Shown here: positions 1-12,823 of the stretch, piece by piece | How the letters are laid out: every line of letters starts with the position of its first letter | Numbering within the stretch: position 1 is the first letter of the stretch | From: Octopus vulgaris | Taxonomy: Eukaryota | Assembly (NCBI GenBank): GCA_951406725.2 | Contig: OX597815.1 | Coordinates: 85,498,001-85,562,000 of the forward strand | Reading direction: 5' to 3' | DNA length: 64,000 nucleotides | Made by a program: the position numbers and the translations under genes | Notes under the pieces: generated by a model | Database searches by the model: none | The model's input: only the letters and a program-made list of their open reading frames with translations | Told to the model about the DNA's origin: nothing

Positions 1-340
1 ATTAGAGAAAAAGAGGGAGAAAGAAAAGAGAGAGAAAGAAAGAGAGAAAAGAGAGAGAGAAGCGTCCATGACGTGAGATAGAAGGAATGTAATTGTAACG
101 CTTTCACGCGATTAGTTGAAGGGAAAGAGAGGAGAAAGAAAGAGAAAAAACGAGGATAAGGCGAAGAGTTAAACAAAAAGAGAGAGAAAGAAAAAGAACG
201 AGAGAGAAGCGTCCATGACGTGAGGTAGGGCGAACGTAATATTATTACTTGGTCAAAAAAGTTAGTTTAAGGTAGAGGAGAGTTAAAATATAATTTTAGC
301 CGAAGGGTGATGTTCTGATGGTGAGATTAAAGAAAGGCAT

Positions 341-390
<50 letters not shown>

Positions 391-1005
391 TGTGTGTGTG
401 TGTTGAGAAGGGAAAGAGAAAGAGAGGGGAGAGCGAGGTGATGATGATGGTGGCGGTGGTGGTGCTGAGTGAAAAGTGAAAAGTGTATTTTTTAAAATTT
501 AACTAAGTTTTTTTTATATCACCTATCACTTAACACATGCGCCTAAGTGCAATTCTGTGAAATATTCACGCTTATTTACTTGGCACATATATGCAATTTA
601 ATTAAATGTTGTATCATATGTACAGGATATTGTTTTTGTTTACGAGGAAAAATGGAAAAATAAGAGGAAAGATTTTATGAGTGCTGTGTATTAAGTCTAT
701 AAAATTGTGCATAAAGTATATAAAGTGTATATGTAAAGTGCATTAAGTAATCATCGTATTTCAATTTCTTTCACTTTTTAATGAATAGCAGATGAGTGAC
801 TATCTTTCTACACAGACACAATGCAGGCTACACGTTCAGGTTTTTTTTAGATAAAATTTTCAGAAATAGCCCAATAGGTTTATCCTTAATTCCACGAAAT
901 ATTCACGGGTTCAGTTAGTACACATAATGTTTTTGAAAGAAAATATTATAGAATTGAGAATTCAAAGGGATTTTGATAAATTTTAGGGAATTAAAAAGGA
1001 TTTAC

Positions 1006-1214
1006 CGTCATCATACCACGGTGAAAGGAATCGCTTCAATGGCATACCAGCTTTGCCCCACAAAGGTTTCTGGAGATTGTTGCAAGAACCATCAGCCTCT
1101 CTGAATTTAGAGTTAGGACTACATCGGGGAGTACGGAATGGACAGCGAAATTCAGGCTGTGGAACATCACTTAGTTCTGGAAGTATGCTCAGCTCCTTTT
1201 TGGTAAGACCAAGC
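1006..1214 (-). CDS. Animal heme peroxidase (peroxidase-cyclooxygenase superfamily), coding exon 4; gene continues beyond position 1
   Basis: Encodes LGLTKKEL...CPFRTPRCSPNSKFREADGSCNNLQKPLWGKAGMPLKRFLSPWYDDG, the classic R-x-x-DG-S-CNN...P-x-WG...R-x-L-x-P-x-Y-x-DG start of the catalytic domain. Acceptor AG at 1216-1215, donor GTAAAT at 1005; starts in phase 2, ends in phase 1. Confidence 0.93.
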
Positions 1215-1215
1215 C

Positions 1216-1335
<120 letters not shown>

Positions 1336-1349
1336 AACAATAATACACT

Positions 1350-1655
1350 GAATATTTTGCAACAAGTATGGACTTGACAGCAGAAAAGTGGTACGAACAT
1401 AAACCCGAAGGCATCATCGAAAATGATAATGCAAAGATCCTATGAGATGTTATGATTCAGTGTGACCATGAGATAGAGAGTAGGAAGCCAGACGTAGTAT
1501 TAACTAAGAAAGAAAGCAAACGGTGCTGGATCATAAGTATAGCATACACAGCTGACAACAAGGTACACGATAATAATGAAGAAAGAAAAGTCGATAGATA
1601 TGACAGGTTAGCTTGGGAGGTTAAGCAGTTGTGATCGCCGAAAAAGGAACTCCTG
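1350..1655 (+). mobile_element. Degenerate R4/Dong-type LINE fragment (REL endonuclease region)
   Basis: KWYEHKPEGIIENDNAKIL*DVMIQCDHEIESRKPDVVL matches the W-D...T-D...R/K-PD-I-V REL motif of the other copies. Confidence 0.8.
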
Positions 1656-1846
1656 GAGTAATGTATGCGTGGCTGGCTTGCTGCCTGCAGCCTACAGTAC
1701 CATGCTACCCGTTCTTTTCAACTGTCAAATGCTTTTCTGATTATTCTGGTCGTGCCGAGGAGGCAAACCTTTTGCAACAGTTCTACTGGGCACTCTATTC
1801 TGATACTGTCCTCAAAGACCCCACAATAATTGGCACTATTTTTATC

Positions 1847-1900
<54 letters not shown>

Positions 1901-1901
<1 letters not shown>

Positions 1902-2438
1902 GAGTGAGAGAGCAGTGCATGCCATCAAAGTGACATTGGGGTAAAATATACGAAGCCCAGTATACCCATCATAACTACCCGTCTGATAAGGGTACACCAG
2001 GCACATGCATCACAACCATATGTGCGTGACATGGTGATCTCATATCAAGATAAACAGCGCATGACATTGTAGGTGGGACTCAGTTAGAATTTTCTTCTAG
2101 TCCAGTAGCCCATCCCGCTCAAAAGGTCCCTGAATAAGGATTGTTTAAGGATGTTGAACGAACCACCCATGTTTCCAAAGGTGAATTATCCAAACCCTTA
2201 AAAATTCCCCTCAACACACGGCTATGATGCTCCCCCACTACTTCTGCTCGTGGTCAGCCACCAAGGGACATGGTCAACTGGTTTAAGTCAAACAACTGAC
2301 AAGCAAATCTGTGGTATTGAGCAGAATATTTGCTGTAGTCCATCTTTTATACCAAGACAAAACAATGTACAAGATAACACTTCCAATCAGTTAAAATCAG
2401 AAGCTACGAGAGCCTCTGTCTGGTACTGCATCAGGGCA
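1901..2438 (-). mobile_element. Non-coding ~540-bp TAA-associated retroposon (longest copy in window)
   Basis: Flanked by (TAT)n on both sides. The same 3' end (...gcactgctctctcactca-(ata)n) recurs in shorter copies at 6590-6648 and 9762-9865. Confidence 0.7.
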
Positions 2439-2461
2439 TTTATTATTATTATTATTATTCA

Positions 2462-5400
2462 GTAGTTTTATTTTTATAGCGTGATTTCACTTCACTACCT
2501 AGCGCAGCTCTGTGTGCCTTAGGTATGTGCTGTGATTTGTTGTGATGCTCTGATGGTTATTGTATGGAAAGTGTTCTACGTAGGATGTGTGCAGTGCCTA
2601 GTAGTGCAATTTTCTGTATGTTATATGTGTTTGTAAGTCTTGGTGTTTTTGTTATGTATTTGTCTGAATATTTTTTATCATGCCTAATGCACCTACTATG
2701 ATAGGAATTGTTTCTGTTTTTAGATTCCACATTCTGGTTACCTCTATTTCCAGGTCTTTGTATTTTGAAAGTTTCTCCATTTCTTTTAGAGATACGTTGT
2801 CATCTGCCGTTATTGATACATCAATTAGAAAGCATTTTTTTTCTTCATGATCTCTGACAACTATATCTGGTCTGTTGGCTTTAATTTCTCTATCTGTGTG
2901 TATCGGCATATCCCAGAGTATGGTTGCTTTCTCGTTTTCTGTGACCTTTTCTGGTGTGTGCCTATACCATCTTTTTTCTGTTGTTATTCCATAATGTTGG
3001 CATAGCTTCCAGTGTATATAGGTTCCAACTCTGTCATGTCTGTGAATATTTTCCTTCTTAGCCAGGACTGGGCAGCCAGAGATAATATGATTTATTGTTT
3101 CTTGTTCATCTCCACATATTCTTCAGTTACTTGTTATATTTCTTTTCATTACATGTTTTTGGTAATTTCTGGTGGGGAGGCTTTGGTCTTGTGCTGCAAT
3201 TAAGAATCCCTCTGTCTCTGCTTTGAGTCCTGAGCTTCTCAACCATTGCTGGAATTTTTCTTTGTCTATTTCTTTTGCGTTTAGTTTAGTCCAGTATTTA
3301 CCATGAAGGGGCTTTTCTTGCCATCGTTTTATCATGGTTCGTTGCTGTTCTATTTTTAGTTTGGATTTCATTTGTTTTATAGCTTTTGTTGTTGTTTCTT
3401 CTTCTTCTTCTTCTTCTTCTTCTTCTTCTTCTTCTTCTTCTTCTTCTTCTTCTTCTTCTTCTTCTTCTTCTTCTTCTTCTTCATATTTATTAGGTGGTAT
3501 GATTTCTTGTTTGTATTTGTCAGCTTCCTTAAATACTGAGAACAGTTTTTTGTTTTGCTCGTGTTTTGCTGCTATTTGTATCAGTTTTCCTTCCTTCTGA
3601 AGTAGATATTTTTGCAGTCCTATGGTGGTTATTTTATAGTAGTTTTCCAGCTGTATAAGGCCTCTACCACCTTCACGTTGTATATATAGTCTTTCTATGT
3701 CAGAGTTTGGGTGATGCATCCTAGATCCTGTCATTATTTTTCTTGTTTTCCTATCTATTTTGGTCAGTTCATTTAGTGTCCAGTTAAGGATATTGTAGCT
3801 GTAACATATAACTGGGACAGCTAAAGTGTTAATACCTATTATCTTGTTTTTAGCATTTCATTTGTGTGTGTTGTGTCGTATCTAGTTCATGGATTCCTAA
3901 GTATTTGTAAGTTTGGCTTTGGTCTAATTCTTTTATTTCATTGGTTTTATCTAGTGTGATGTTGCTACTCTTAACTAGTTTTCCTCTTTTCAGGGTTACT
4001 TTAGAGCATTTTTCTAATCCAAATTTCATATCTATTTCCTTGGTAAATCGATGAACTGTCTTTAATAGTGTTTCCAGCTGTTTGTCATTTGCAGCGTATA
4101 GTTTTAGGTCATCCATATATAAAAGGTGGCTGATCGTTTTGCCGTAACATTTATATCCGCATCTAGTTCTATTTAGCATATCAGATAGAGGTGACAGTGC
4201 CAAGCAGAAAAGGAGTGGAGAGAGCGTGTCTCCCTGGAATATTCTCTTCTAATGGGGATGGCTTTGGTTTTCATGAGTCCTTCTTTTGTTTGGAGCTGTA
4301 GCACTGTTTGCCATTTATTCACAGAGTACCCTATGAATTTTATAATTATTGGTGCTACTTTGTTAATGGCTAGTGTTTCGAGGATCTATGTGTGGGGGAT
4401 GCTATCAAACGCCTTTTTGTAGTCGATCCAGGCCATACTGAGGCCTTTCTTCTTTCTGTCTTCAGTTGTGGCTTTATTGATCATTAGTTGATCTTTACAG
4501 CCATATGAGCCTTTGCGGCATCCATTCTGCTCTTCTGGAAACAGGTTGTTTTCGTCCAGGTGCTTGTTCAACCTTTGCGATATCATTGCAGTAAATGCCT
4601 TGTACATTGTAGGGAGACAGGTTATTGGTCTGTAGTTTTCTGGTTTTGCTGTCTCATTTGATTTGGGAATTAAGATGGTTTTCCCTTCGTGAGCCATTCA
4701 GGCATTGTCTCTGGCTCTGCTAGTATGTTGTTAAAGTTTTCAGCCAGCTTTTTGTGCATTCCTGTTAGATATTTCAACCAGAAGTTGGGGATCTTGTCAA
4801 GCCCAGGTGCCTTCCAGTTGCTTAGTCTTTGCAGTGCCTGGGTGACCTCTTCAGTTGTTATGGGGGTCCAAAGTTGCTCAGATGCTGAGTTTGTTGTTTT
4901 AATACTCCTTTTTTTTGGTTGTTCGTTCGCCGACCATATTTCTCTCCAGAATTCTTCCACTTCTTCTGCCGTTGGTGCTGCAGTGATTTCTATTTTATTT
5001 TTGCCATGTTCTTGGTAGAACTTTTGGGGATTGGAGTTGAACTTTTTGTTTTGTTCAAAGAAGCGCTGGCGTTTCTCGTACCGGCGGATCCATTGTGCTT
5101 TGGCAAGGATATCTTGCTTCAGCTTTTCTTTTATCTCAGGTAAATCTTTTTCTGTGATGTTATATTTGCGGAGTATTTTTGTTTTCTTTTTGTTGCTCAC
5201 TAGCGTTGATTGTCTACTGATTTCATTAAGAATCGACAGATCTTTTCTCATTTTTTGTATTTTGTTTTGGATGTTATTTATCCACAGGGTTTGTTTGGGT
5301 GGTGGTACTCCTATCTGGATGGGTTTGAGTGAGTATCCAGCTTCTTTTGTGGCTGCAGTGGCTGCTGCGTATACTAAGTCATTTAGCTGAGTGATATCGC

Positions 5401-6540
5401 TTTTTATTTCAGTGGCTATTAGTTCCGTGACGGCTAGGTTTATGCTGTTTATAATTGGTGTTGTTGTTTCGTCTATTTTGATTTTTTGGAGGTATGTTCG
5501 GTGGACCATTTTGAACTCTGTGGTTTTCAGTTCTTTGATTATTTTACTTTTTATATTATCATAATCATTAGGCTCCCCTTCGTTGTTTCCAGGTTTTACA
5601 TTTGTGTCGCTTTCTTTCTTATTTATATGTTTGTTTGCCGTGTTTTGGCTTACGGTCTGGGTTTGTTGTTTTTTGTTTACATCGTGTTTGTTGGAACTGT
5701 TACGTTTGTCTTCGTGTTTTACTGTTTCAGTGTTTATATTATTGGGCATTGTTGTGTGGCTTCTATCTTCATTTTCCTGGTGTATTTTTTCTTTTAGATG
5801 CTCTATTTCTATTTCTGATATTTTTTTGCGTCGAGAATGTATCTTCGTACGTTAGCTAGTTTATTAGGGTTCATTGTTGTATCCAAGTCTATATTTATGT
5901 TATTTTCCTTCCATATTTTATATGTATGTGTTGTTGTGTTCTCATTTTTTGGGTAGAGCACTGCTGTGAAGTATGCGTGTAGGATAGAAATGTATTCCTC
6001 ACGTGTCCATTTATGTCTTTTGGGTTTTATTTGCGGGACATGAGTAACAACGTCCTGCCCATTATTTTGACGGTCGTCATTTTCGTAGGGTACCGGTCCG
6101 TTAATTTCTGTTGCCACATTATTTTGCACGTGTAGTTTTTCGTACATTTTGTGTTGTAAATTTAAAGTACGTACTTCCCGATTGTTATTCTTGGGTTGAA
6201 TAATATCGATGGTATTTAATTTCTTCGTAGTCTTTTTGTACATGATGTTTGGGGTCGGGGATTATCTGGTGTTGATGGATCGTAATGTCCACGCATGTTT
6301 ACATGTGTTGTCTTAGAGGTGGAGATGATATCGAGTTAAAATACATCATTTCGTTTCGAAAATAGTAATAAATTTCAATGAGTATTACTTACTCGGATAT
6401 AGTCCAATCCTTTGTTAGTAAATTTTTGGCTCCATACGATGTCTTTGTTTTCGATGTTTGTGGATAGATTTCGGAGCTCTGTTTTATCGTTCTTACATCT
6501 TAAACGTCCCCCGGTGTATCTTCCCGTCCCCCGGTGTATC
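2462..6540 (-). mobile_element. Near full-length R4/Dong-clade non-LTR retrotransposon, frameshifted
   Basis: Collinear ORF pieces: N-terminal KRHKWTREEY; KAPGLDKIPNFWLK; RT motifs YRPITCL, WIDYKKAFDS and LYMDDLKLY; ETEGFLIAAQDQ; REL NRPDIVV...LIDVS...KYKDL. Both ends lie in (TAA)n tracts. Confidence 0.93.
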
Positions 6541-6589
<49 letters not shown>

Positions 6590-6590
<1 letters not shown>

Positions 6591-6646
6591 GAGTGAGAGA
6601 GCAGTGCATGCCATCAAAGTGACACTGGGGTAAAATATACGAAGCC

Positions 6647-6648
<2 letters not shown>
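6590..6648 (-). mobile_element. 5'-truncated copy of the TAA-associated non-coding retroposon
   Basis: Nearly identical to 1901-1958 and embedded in (TAT)n on both sides. Confidence 0.75.
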
Positions 6649-6694
<46 letters not shown>

Positions 6695-7126
6695 CATTAT
6701 TATTTGCTTGCATTGTTGTCGACGGTGGTGGTGGTAGCTATGTTGTTGTAATCCACGTTGTTACTTTTGGATTTGTTGCTGTCTTTGTTATTATTTTCGT
6801 TGTTCTGGCTGTCTCCAGTAGCTACGATGAATCTGTTGTCTTTGTTCTCCTTTCTGTTGCTGTTGTTGTTTTTGTCCTTGTAATGACTGCCCTCTGTAAT
6901 CACGATGACCCAGCTGTTGTTGCTGTTGTTATTTTTAGAGTTGTTCTTATCTTTGTGCTCGATATCTTCTGTAGCCATAGAAAGGGGATTGGCAGGTTTA
7001 AGCCTGCTAGCTTTGCTGCTGCTACCCTATGGTGGGGAAAATTTCTGGGAGGTGGGGGAATTGGTATTGGGTTTGGTCTCCTGTGCCTCGAACGAAGAGA
7101 GTTACCTTGGTCTATCGGTCACATTT

Positions 7127-7340
7127 CTTTTCTACTTTAGGCACAAGGCTCGAAATTTTTTGGGAAGGGGCCAGTCGATTAGATCGACTCCAGTACGTAA
7201 CTGGTACTTAATTTATCGACCCCGAAATGATGAAAGGCAAAGTCGACCTCGGTGGAATTTGAACTCAGAACGTAACAGCAGACGAAATACGGCTACGCAT
7301 TTCGCCCGCCGTGCTAACGTTTCTGCCAGCTCGCCGCCTT
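7127..7340 (-). mobile_element. tRNA-headed SINE family A with 16-bp TSD
   Basis: Head ggcggcgagctggcagaaacg...gagttcaaattcc (A/B-box-like). Body gcctttcatc...gtcgataaattaagtaccag resembles the Deu/Nin conserved SINE domain. TSD tctatcggtcacattt at 7111-7126 and 7341-7356. Confidence 0.9.
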
Positions 7341-7399
7341 TCTATCGGTCACATTTGTGAACACAGTGAGATATTTCAGCACCCAATTTTCAAATTCAT

Positions 7400-7875
7400 T
7401 GGCCATGTTATTTTACAGAGCTTACAAGCTGTTTGATTGGTCTATCAGAAATTGCTGCTGGTAGATATGTGGTGGGGTAAAATAGGAGAGAGAAACAAAA
7501 AGAGTCTTCGGTAGACGAGAATCCAGCAAAGATAGCAGAATCAGGAACTTTACATGTCGGCAGGGCCAAATAAAAATATAGAGGAAAGAGAAAAGGAGAT
7601 ATGAACAGCGAATAGCAGCAGCGTTTGAAAAAGAAAAACGGTTTATGATCATAGTGTTCTCTGGCTAGGGAACAAATGAAAATTGAAGAGATCAGAATGA
7701 GAGAGAAAGAGGTGGGGATAAGTTTGGGTGGAGGACTTATGGAAGAAACCGAAGGAGTCATAATGGCTGCTCAAAGCCAGTCATTGCGGACGAATATCGT
7801 TTAGGCAAAGATAGACAAAACTGCGAAAAGTGCAAAGTACAGAGTACTTAGTAATAAGAAAGAAGAATACGCATT
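7400..7875 (+). mobile_element. Old R4/Dong-type LINE fragment
   Basis: GLMEETEGVIMAAQSQSLRTN motif near 7735-7795; followed by (TAA)n. Confidence 0.65.
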
Positions 7876-7876
7876 G

Positions 7877-7946
<70 letters not shown>

Positions 7947-7956
7947 TGATAATAAT

Positions 7957-8329
7957 AAGGCTTGAAATTTGGGGGAAGGGGATAGTCAATAACATCGACC
8001 CCAATACTCAACTGGTACTTAATTTATCGACCCCAAAGGGATGAAAGGCAAAGTCGATCTCGGCGGAATTTGAACTCAGAACGTAGCGACTGACGAAATA
8101 CCTATTTCTTTATTACCCACAAGGGGTTAAACATAGAGGGAACAAACAAGGACAGACATAAGTATTAAGTCGATTACATCGACCCCAGTGCGTAACTGCT
8201 ACTTAATTTATCGACCTCGAAAGGATGAAAGGCAAAGTCGATCTCGGCGGAATTTGAACTCAGAACGTAGCGACTGACGAAATACCGCTAAGCATTTCGT
8301 CCGGCATGCTAACGATTATTCCAGCCGCC

Positions 8330-8331
<2 letters not shown>
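7957..8331 (-). mobile_element. SINE family A with tandemly duplicated body (dimer)
   Basis: Two copies of gaaaggcaaagtcgatctcggcggaatttgaactcagaacgtagcgactgacgaaatacc about 185 bp apart, with a single head. Confidence 0.88.
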
Positions 8332-8385
<54 letters not shown>

Positions 8386-8405
8386 TATTATTATTATTAT
8401 TATTA

Positions 8406-9727
8406 TGACAATGCATAGAATGCACCACCCTAAGGCAGATACATAACGACTCTATCTGCCAAGAAAAGAGGGAGGCCGTGGTCTTTTGCAACTGGCAATA
8501 ACAATGAAGATTGCTACAATTGGCCTAGACACCTACCTGAAAAACTCTGAGGACTGGATGTTAAAACTTGTCTTAAAACATGAAAACAAGAAAGCATCAT
8601 ACTCAGTCACAAAACAGGCAAAGGAATATCTAAGTGAATTCCGAATACAACCAATTTCGGAATTAGAGATAGATATACAAGAAACAAGCACAGAAAAAGC
8701 TAGGCGCATGAAAACCCGTGCCAAAACTGCGGCCTTATATATTCTGAATAATAAATGGCAAGAAAAACCTCTCTATGGCAAATTCCCAAAGAGAGCGACT
8801 AATGCAGATATCGACAAAGCCCTGACCCATCAATGGCTAATGGCCTCTGGCTTAAAATCTGAAACAGAGGGGTTTATCATAGCAGCTCAAGATCAATGCC
8901 TACCAACAAGAAACTACCAGGCCAACATATTAAAGTACGGCAGTAGCCCAACATGTCATGTATGCCGACAACAAAATGAAACCATTGACCATGTTGTCTC
9001 CAAATGCAGTCTTCTAGCGCCTACAGAGTACCTCACTAGGCATGATAGAGCTGCACAATATATTCACTGGGTAATTTGCAAAAACCTGGATTTGCCCCAT
9101 GAAAAAAACTGGTGGGAACACAATCCACCTCCTGTGCTTGAAAATGACCACATCTCACTCCTCTGGAACTTCACCATTCAAACTGACAGGAAGATAGATG
9201 CAAATAGGCCAGACATTATATTGAAAGACTTCAGACAAAGAACATACCTCCTCATTGATATGACTGTCCCAATCGATATAAACGTATCTTACAAGACCTA
9301 CCAAAAACTGAGCAAATATAAAGATCTTGAAATAGAAATCAGCAAAATGTGGAAGCTGAAGACTAAAACAATACCTGTTGTCATAAGTGCCCTGGGAATG
9401 ATAGCGAAAGGGACTGATTGCTACCTAACTCAGATACCAGGAAACCCCAAAATGGCAGAAATTCAAAAGATAGTGCTCATGGGAACTGCTCATATCCTAC
9501 GCAAAATACTCTCTATGTAATCCCAAGGTTTAAAACAAAATTTTTCTTTTTCTTTTTCTTTTTTTTTATGTATTAGACATTCACTAGTACAACACCAAAA
9601 AAAGGGAAAAAAACCCCAAAAAACCCCCCAAATATATGGCACAGAACTTCCAACCTGTTGTCTCTTGAGGTCTCTGGGTGAGACTTGGAGCCGACTTGTA
9701 CAGACATAAAGCAAAAGTCAAACATAG
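8406..9727 (+). mobile_element. 5'-truncated R4/Dong LINE, second subfamily
   Basis: MHHPKAD...EGGRGL, ETEGFIIAAQDQ, CHVC...ETIDHVVSKC zinc knuckle and REL NRPDIIL...LIDMT in ORF 8486..9520. The 3'UTR ends in (AAT)n and the 5' end is in a TAT tract. Confidence 0.93.
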
Positions 9728-9761
9728 AATAATAATAATAATAATAATTATTATTATAATT

Positions 9762-9865
9762 GTGATGCATGTCTGGTGTTCCCTTATCAGGCGAGTAGTC
9801 ATGTATATTGGGCTTCGTATATTTTACCCCACTGTCACTTTGATGGCACACACTGCTCTCTCATT
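9762..9865 (+). mobile_element. 5'-truncated copy of the TAA-associated non-coding retroposon
   Basis: Diverged reverse complement of about 1901-2013, next to TAA repeats. Confidence 0.72.
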
Positions 9866-10459
9866 AAATAGTAATAATAATTTTGAAATAGCAGAATGTG
9901 TATAACGGCGGACAAAATACCTTGCAGTATTTTGTTACTTGTTTTTACGGATGATCGTATTTAATTTTAGAGAACAATTTCTAGTAGCAGCTGTGGATTA
10001 TTGATATGACGTCTCCCAGAGATAACATATTTAAAAGAAGCTTAAGAAAATGTGACAGTGCATGCAGTTAGCCTTTGAAATGCGTGTCAAGAATAAAGAA
10101 TTCAACACAAAGGATGTGTTAAATTTAATTGGTCACTAAGGCATAGGAATGGTTGAAGCTGAAGACAAAAACAAACAAGTTATTTATTAGGAAATAAGAC
10201 GACTCTGTTGTGTGACAGTGAAAGTATGTTGACAGAAAATATCAAAATGCTTCCAAACTTCTTTCATATGATAGTGTGGACATTCTGTTTATTAGCATCA
10301 GGAGCTATTGCTAGGCTCGTAGGTGTCTGCTACTACTGCTTATATCGAAGTAGATACTTTGATGCACAATAACCTAGCGTAGCACCAGCTGTTTTGTTAG
10401 TAATCCCCAGAACTTATAGTGCTAGAATATCAGTTTGTCGAGAATTGCATCAAATATAC

Positions 10460-10673
10460 TCTCTCTTTTACTTGTTTCAGTCATTTGACTGCAGCCATGC
10501 TGGAGTACCGCCTTTAGTCGAGCAAATCAACCCTAGGATTTATTCTTTGTGAGCCTAGTACTTATTCTATCGGTCTCTTTTGCCGAACCGCTAAGTTACG
10601 GGGACGTAAACACACCACCATCGGCTGTCAAGCGATGTTGGGGGGGACAAACACAGACACACAAACACAAACA

Positions 10674-10719
<46 letters not shown>

Positions 10720-10891
10720 CATATACATGTATACGACGAGCTTCTTTCAGTTTCCGTCTGCCAAATCCACTTACAAGGCTTTTGGTCGACCTGAGGCTAT
10801 AGTAGAAGACACTTGCCCAAAGTGCTACACAGTGGGACTGAACCCGGAACCATGTGGTTGGTAAGCAAGCTACTTACCACACAGCCACTCC
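10460..10891 (-). mobile_element. tRNA-headed SINE family B with internal (CA)/(TA) microsatellite
   Basis: Head ggagtggctgtgtggtaag...gggttcagtccc (A/B boxes), CORE-like ttgggcaagtgtctt, tail ggcggtactccagcatggctgcagtcaaatgactgaaacaag. Same family at 29410, 33817 and 61440. Confidence 0.9.
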
Positions 10892-11391
10892 TTCCCCGAA
10901 ATGTCACAACGTCGTCTATTACTCTTACTGCATTTACATACCTGCTGCCAAAGATATAATCTAGGCTTGGTCTTCAAATCACCTGTTATACATGGCACAG
11001 CTGTGTCGAAACGATGGTTGGCCTGTCTGATCGCAGAGAGATGTCTGTTTCACAGTCTGTCGTGGACTACCTTGCTGACTTCTCTCACTGCATTCGAGCC
11101 CGAATTTGAATTCAGAACGCTAAGCCAGAACAGACACTGCAAAACATCTATTTGGACACTCTAATATTTCGCCAATGCGTCATTCCTGACTGGGGCTTCT
11201 TTTGTCAACCCCAAAATATCGAATTATGATTCAACCTCAACGGGATTTGAGTGAAGCGAGCTCGAAATTATGCGAACCATTCTATCCAGCATTCTGTAAA
11301 TTGTGCTGATTGCACGTCTGCAGTCACCTATTACTTAAAATAATATCAATATCACTGAACTACAAAAGAAAATTATAATATCAATGATAGT

Positions 11392-11780
11392 GGATGGAAG
11401 CACTCCGTCGGTTACGACGACGAAGGTTTCGGTTGATCCGAATCAACGGAACAGCCTGCTCGTGAAATTAACGTGTAAGTGGCTGAGCACTCCACAGACA
11501 CGTGTACCCTTAACGTAGTTCTCGGGGATATTCAGCGTGACACACAGAGTGACGAGGCCGGCCCTTTGAAATACAGGTACAACAGAAACAGGAAGTAAGA
11601 GTGAGAGAAAGTTGTGGTGAAAGAGTACAGCAGGGATCACCACCATCCCCTGCCGGAGCCTCGTGGAGCTTTAGGTGTTTTCGCTCAATAAACACTCACA
11701 ACGCCCGGTCTGGGAATCGAAACCGCGATCCTATGACCGCGAGTCCGCTTCTCTAACCACTGGGCCATTGCGCCTCCACA
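11392..11780 (-). mobile_element. tRNA-headed SINE family C
   Basis: Head gtggaggcgcaatggcccagtggttag...ggtttcgattcccagacc; near-identical to 19802-20180. Possible TSD aatgatagt at 11383 and 11783. Confidence 0.9.
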
Positions 11781-12344
11781 TTAATGATAGTAATGGTAAT
11801 GTCAATAATAGCAATACAAATAAAAATAGCCAAAAAATAAAAGGGGGCCATATTATAAAACCCTATTATTATTGTCTTTACAATGACAAGATAATTAAAG
11901 TAATTAAAATATCTTCCTTCACTCAGGATATTATTTTGAAGGGTCACTCAAATGATAAAATAATTAAAATTCCAACGAATAACACATCGGCAAGAGAAAC
12001 GAAAATACATTTCCAGACACAAGAATCTTGATATTAATATCAACGATATCCAGCATGGCAAATATGAAACAACCACCACAGCAGTCAACGTATTGTGCTG
12101 TCATGCTATATGGTAAGTCAGTCGCTAGAAATCTACGTGTACTTTTCTTTTGACTGAATGTATTTTTGTCAAGTGATCACATTTCTTCGACAGCTCTTCG
12201 TTGTGTCTTTGAGTATGGTTTTTGAAAGCAATTTTCCTGTGCTTCTAATTAACCTTCAACATCAACATGTTTAACTATCATCAACTATCTAGACACATGA
12301 AAGTACATCAGAGCTCTTTTACAATGTCATCATAAAACTAAAAC

Positions 12345-12424
<80 letters not shown>

Positions 12425-12823
12425 TCTCAATTTCGATTAGCTCCCACGCACACCAAGCACATCAAACACACTATGTTCCAACACCGTTTTAATATTTAAG
12501 CTCGAACACTATGTTGGCTTGCCAAATCCTTTAAATACATCGAGATTATAATGCATCGACTAACTCTATTTCATTAATTTCCGCTGCAATCATAGACCAA
12601 ATAGCTATAATCATACACCTAGATACATTAAAAACACGTCAGTTAATTACTATAATTACGACAACGCTATTCTAAAACAAGACCTTATGCACGGAAGATA
12701 TCAGTACTATGGAACACTTATGAATCGATAAGTCATCACTTTTAATCATGGAGACTGAGTAAATAATTAATCGTATATATAAAGAAGTAAATAAAAAATA
12801 AACGGCAAGGTTTTCATATTTAC

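Noticed and set aside
50-232. Duplicated gagagaagcgtccatgacgtgag motif about 148 bp apart (CRE-like TGACGT)
   Set aside because: Lies in GA-rich low-complexity intron sequence; nothing supports a regulatory role.
10935-11100. Additional peroxidase exon ending at CAG|GTATGT (~10941)
   Set aside because: Exons 12824 and 1214 already join in frame; no peroxidase-like translation or clear acceptor.
11700-11780. tRNA genes at the SINE heads (also 16600, 19802, 28121, 33820)
   Set aside because: A/B boxes are present, but each continues into a multi-copy SINE body, some with TSDs; no complete cloverleaf or terminator is evident.
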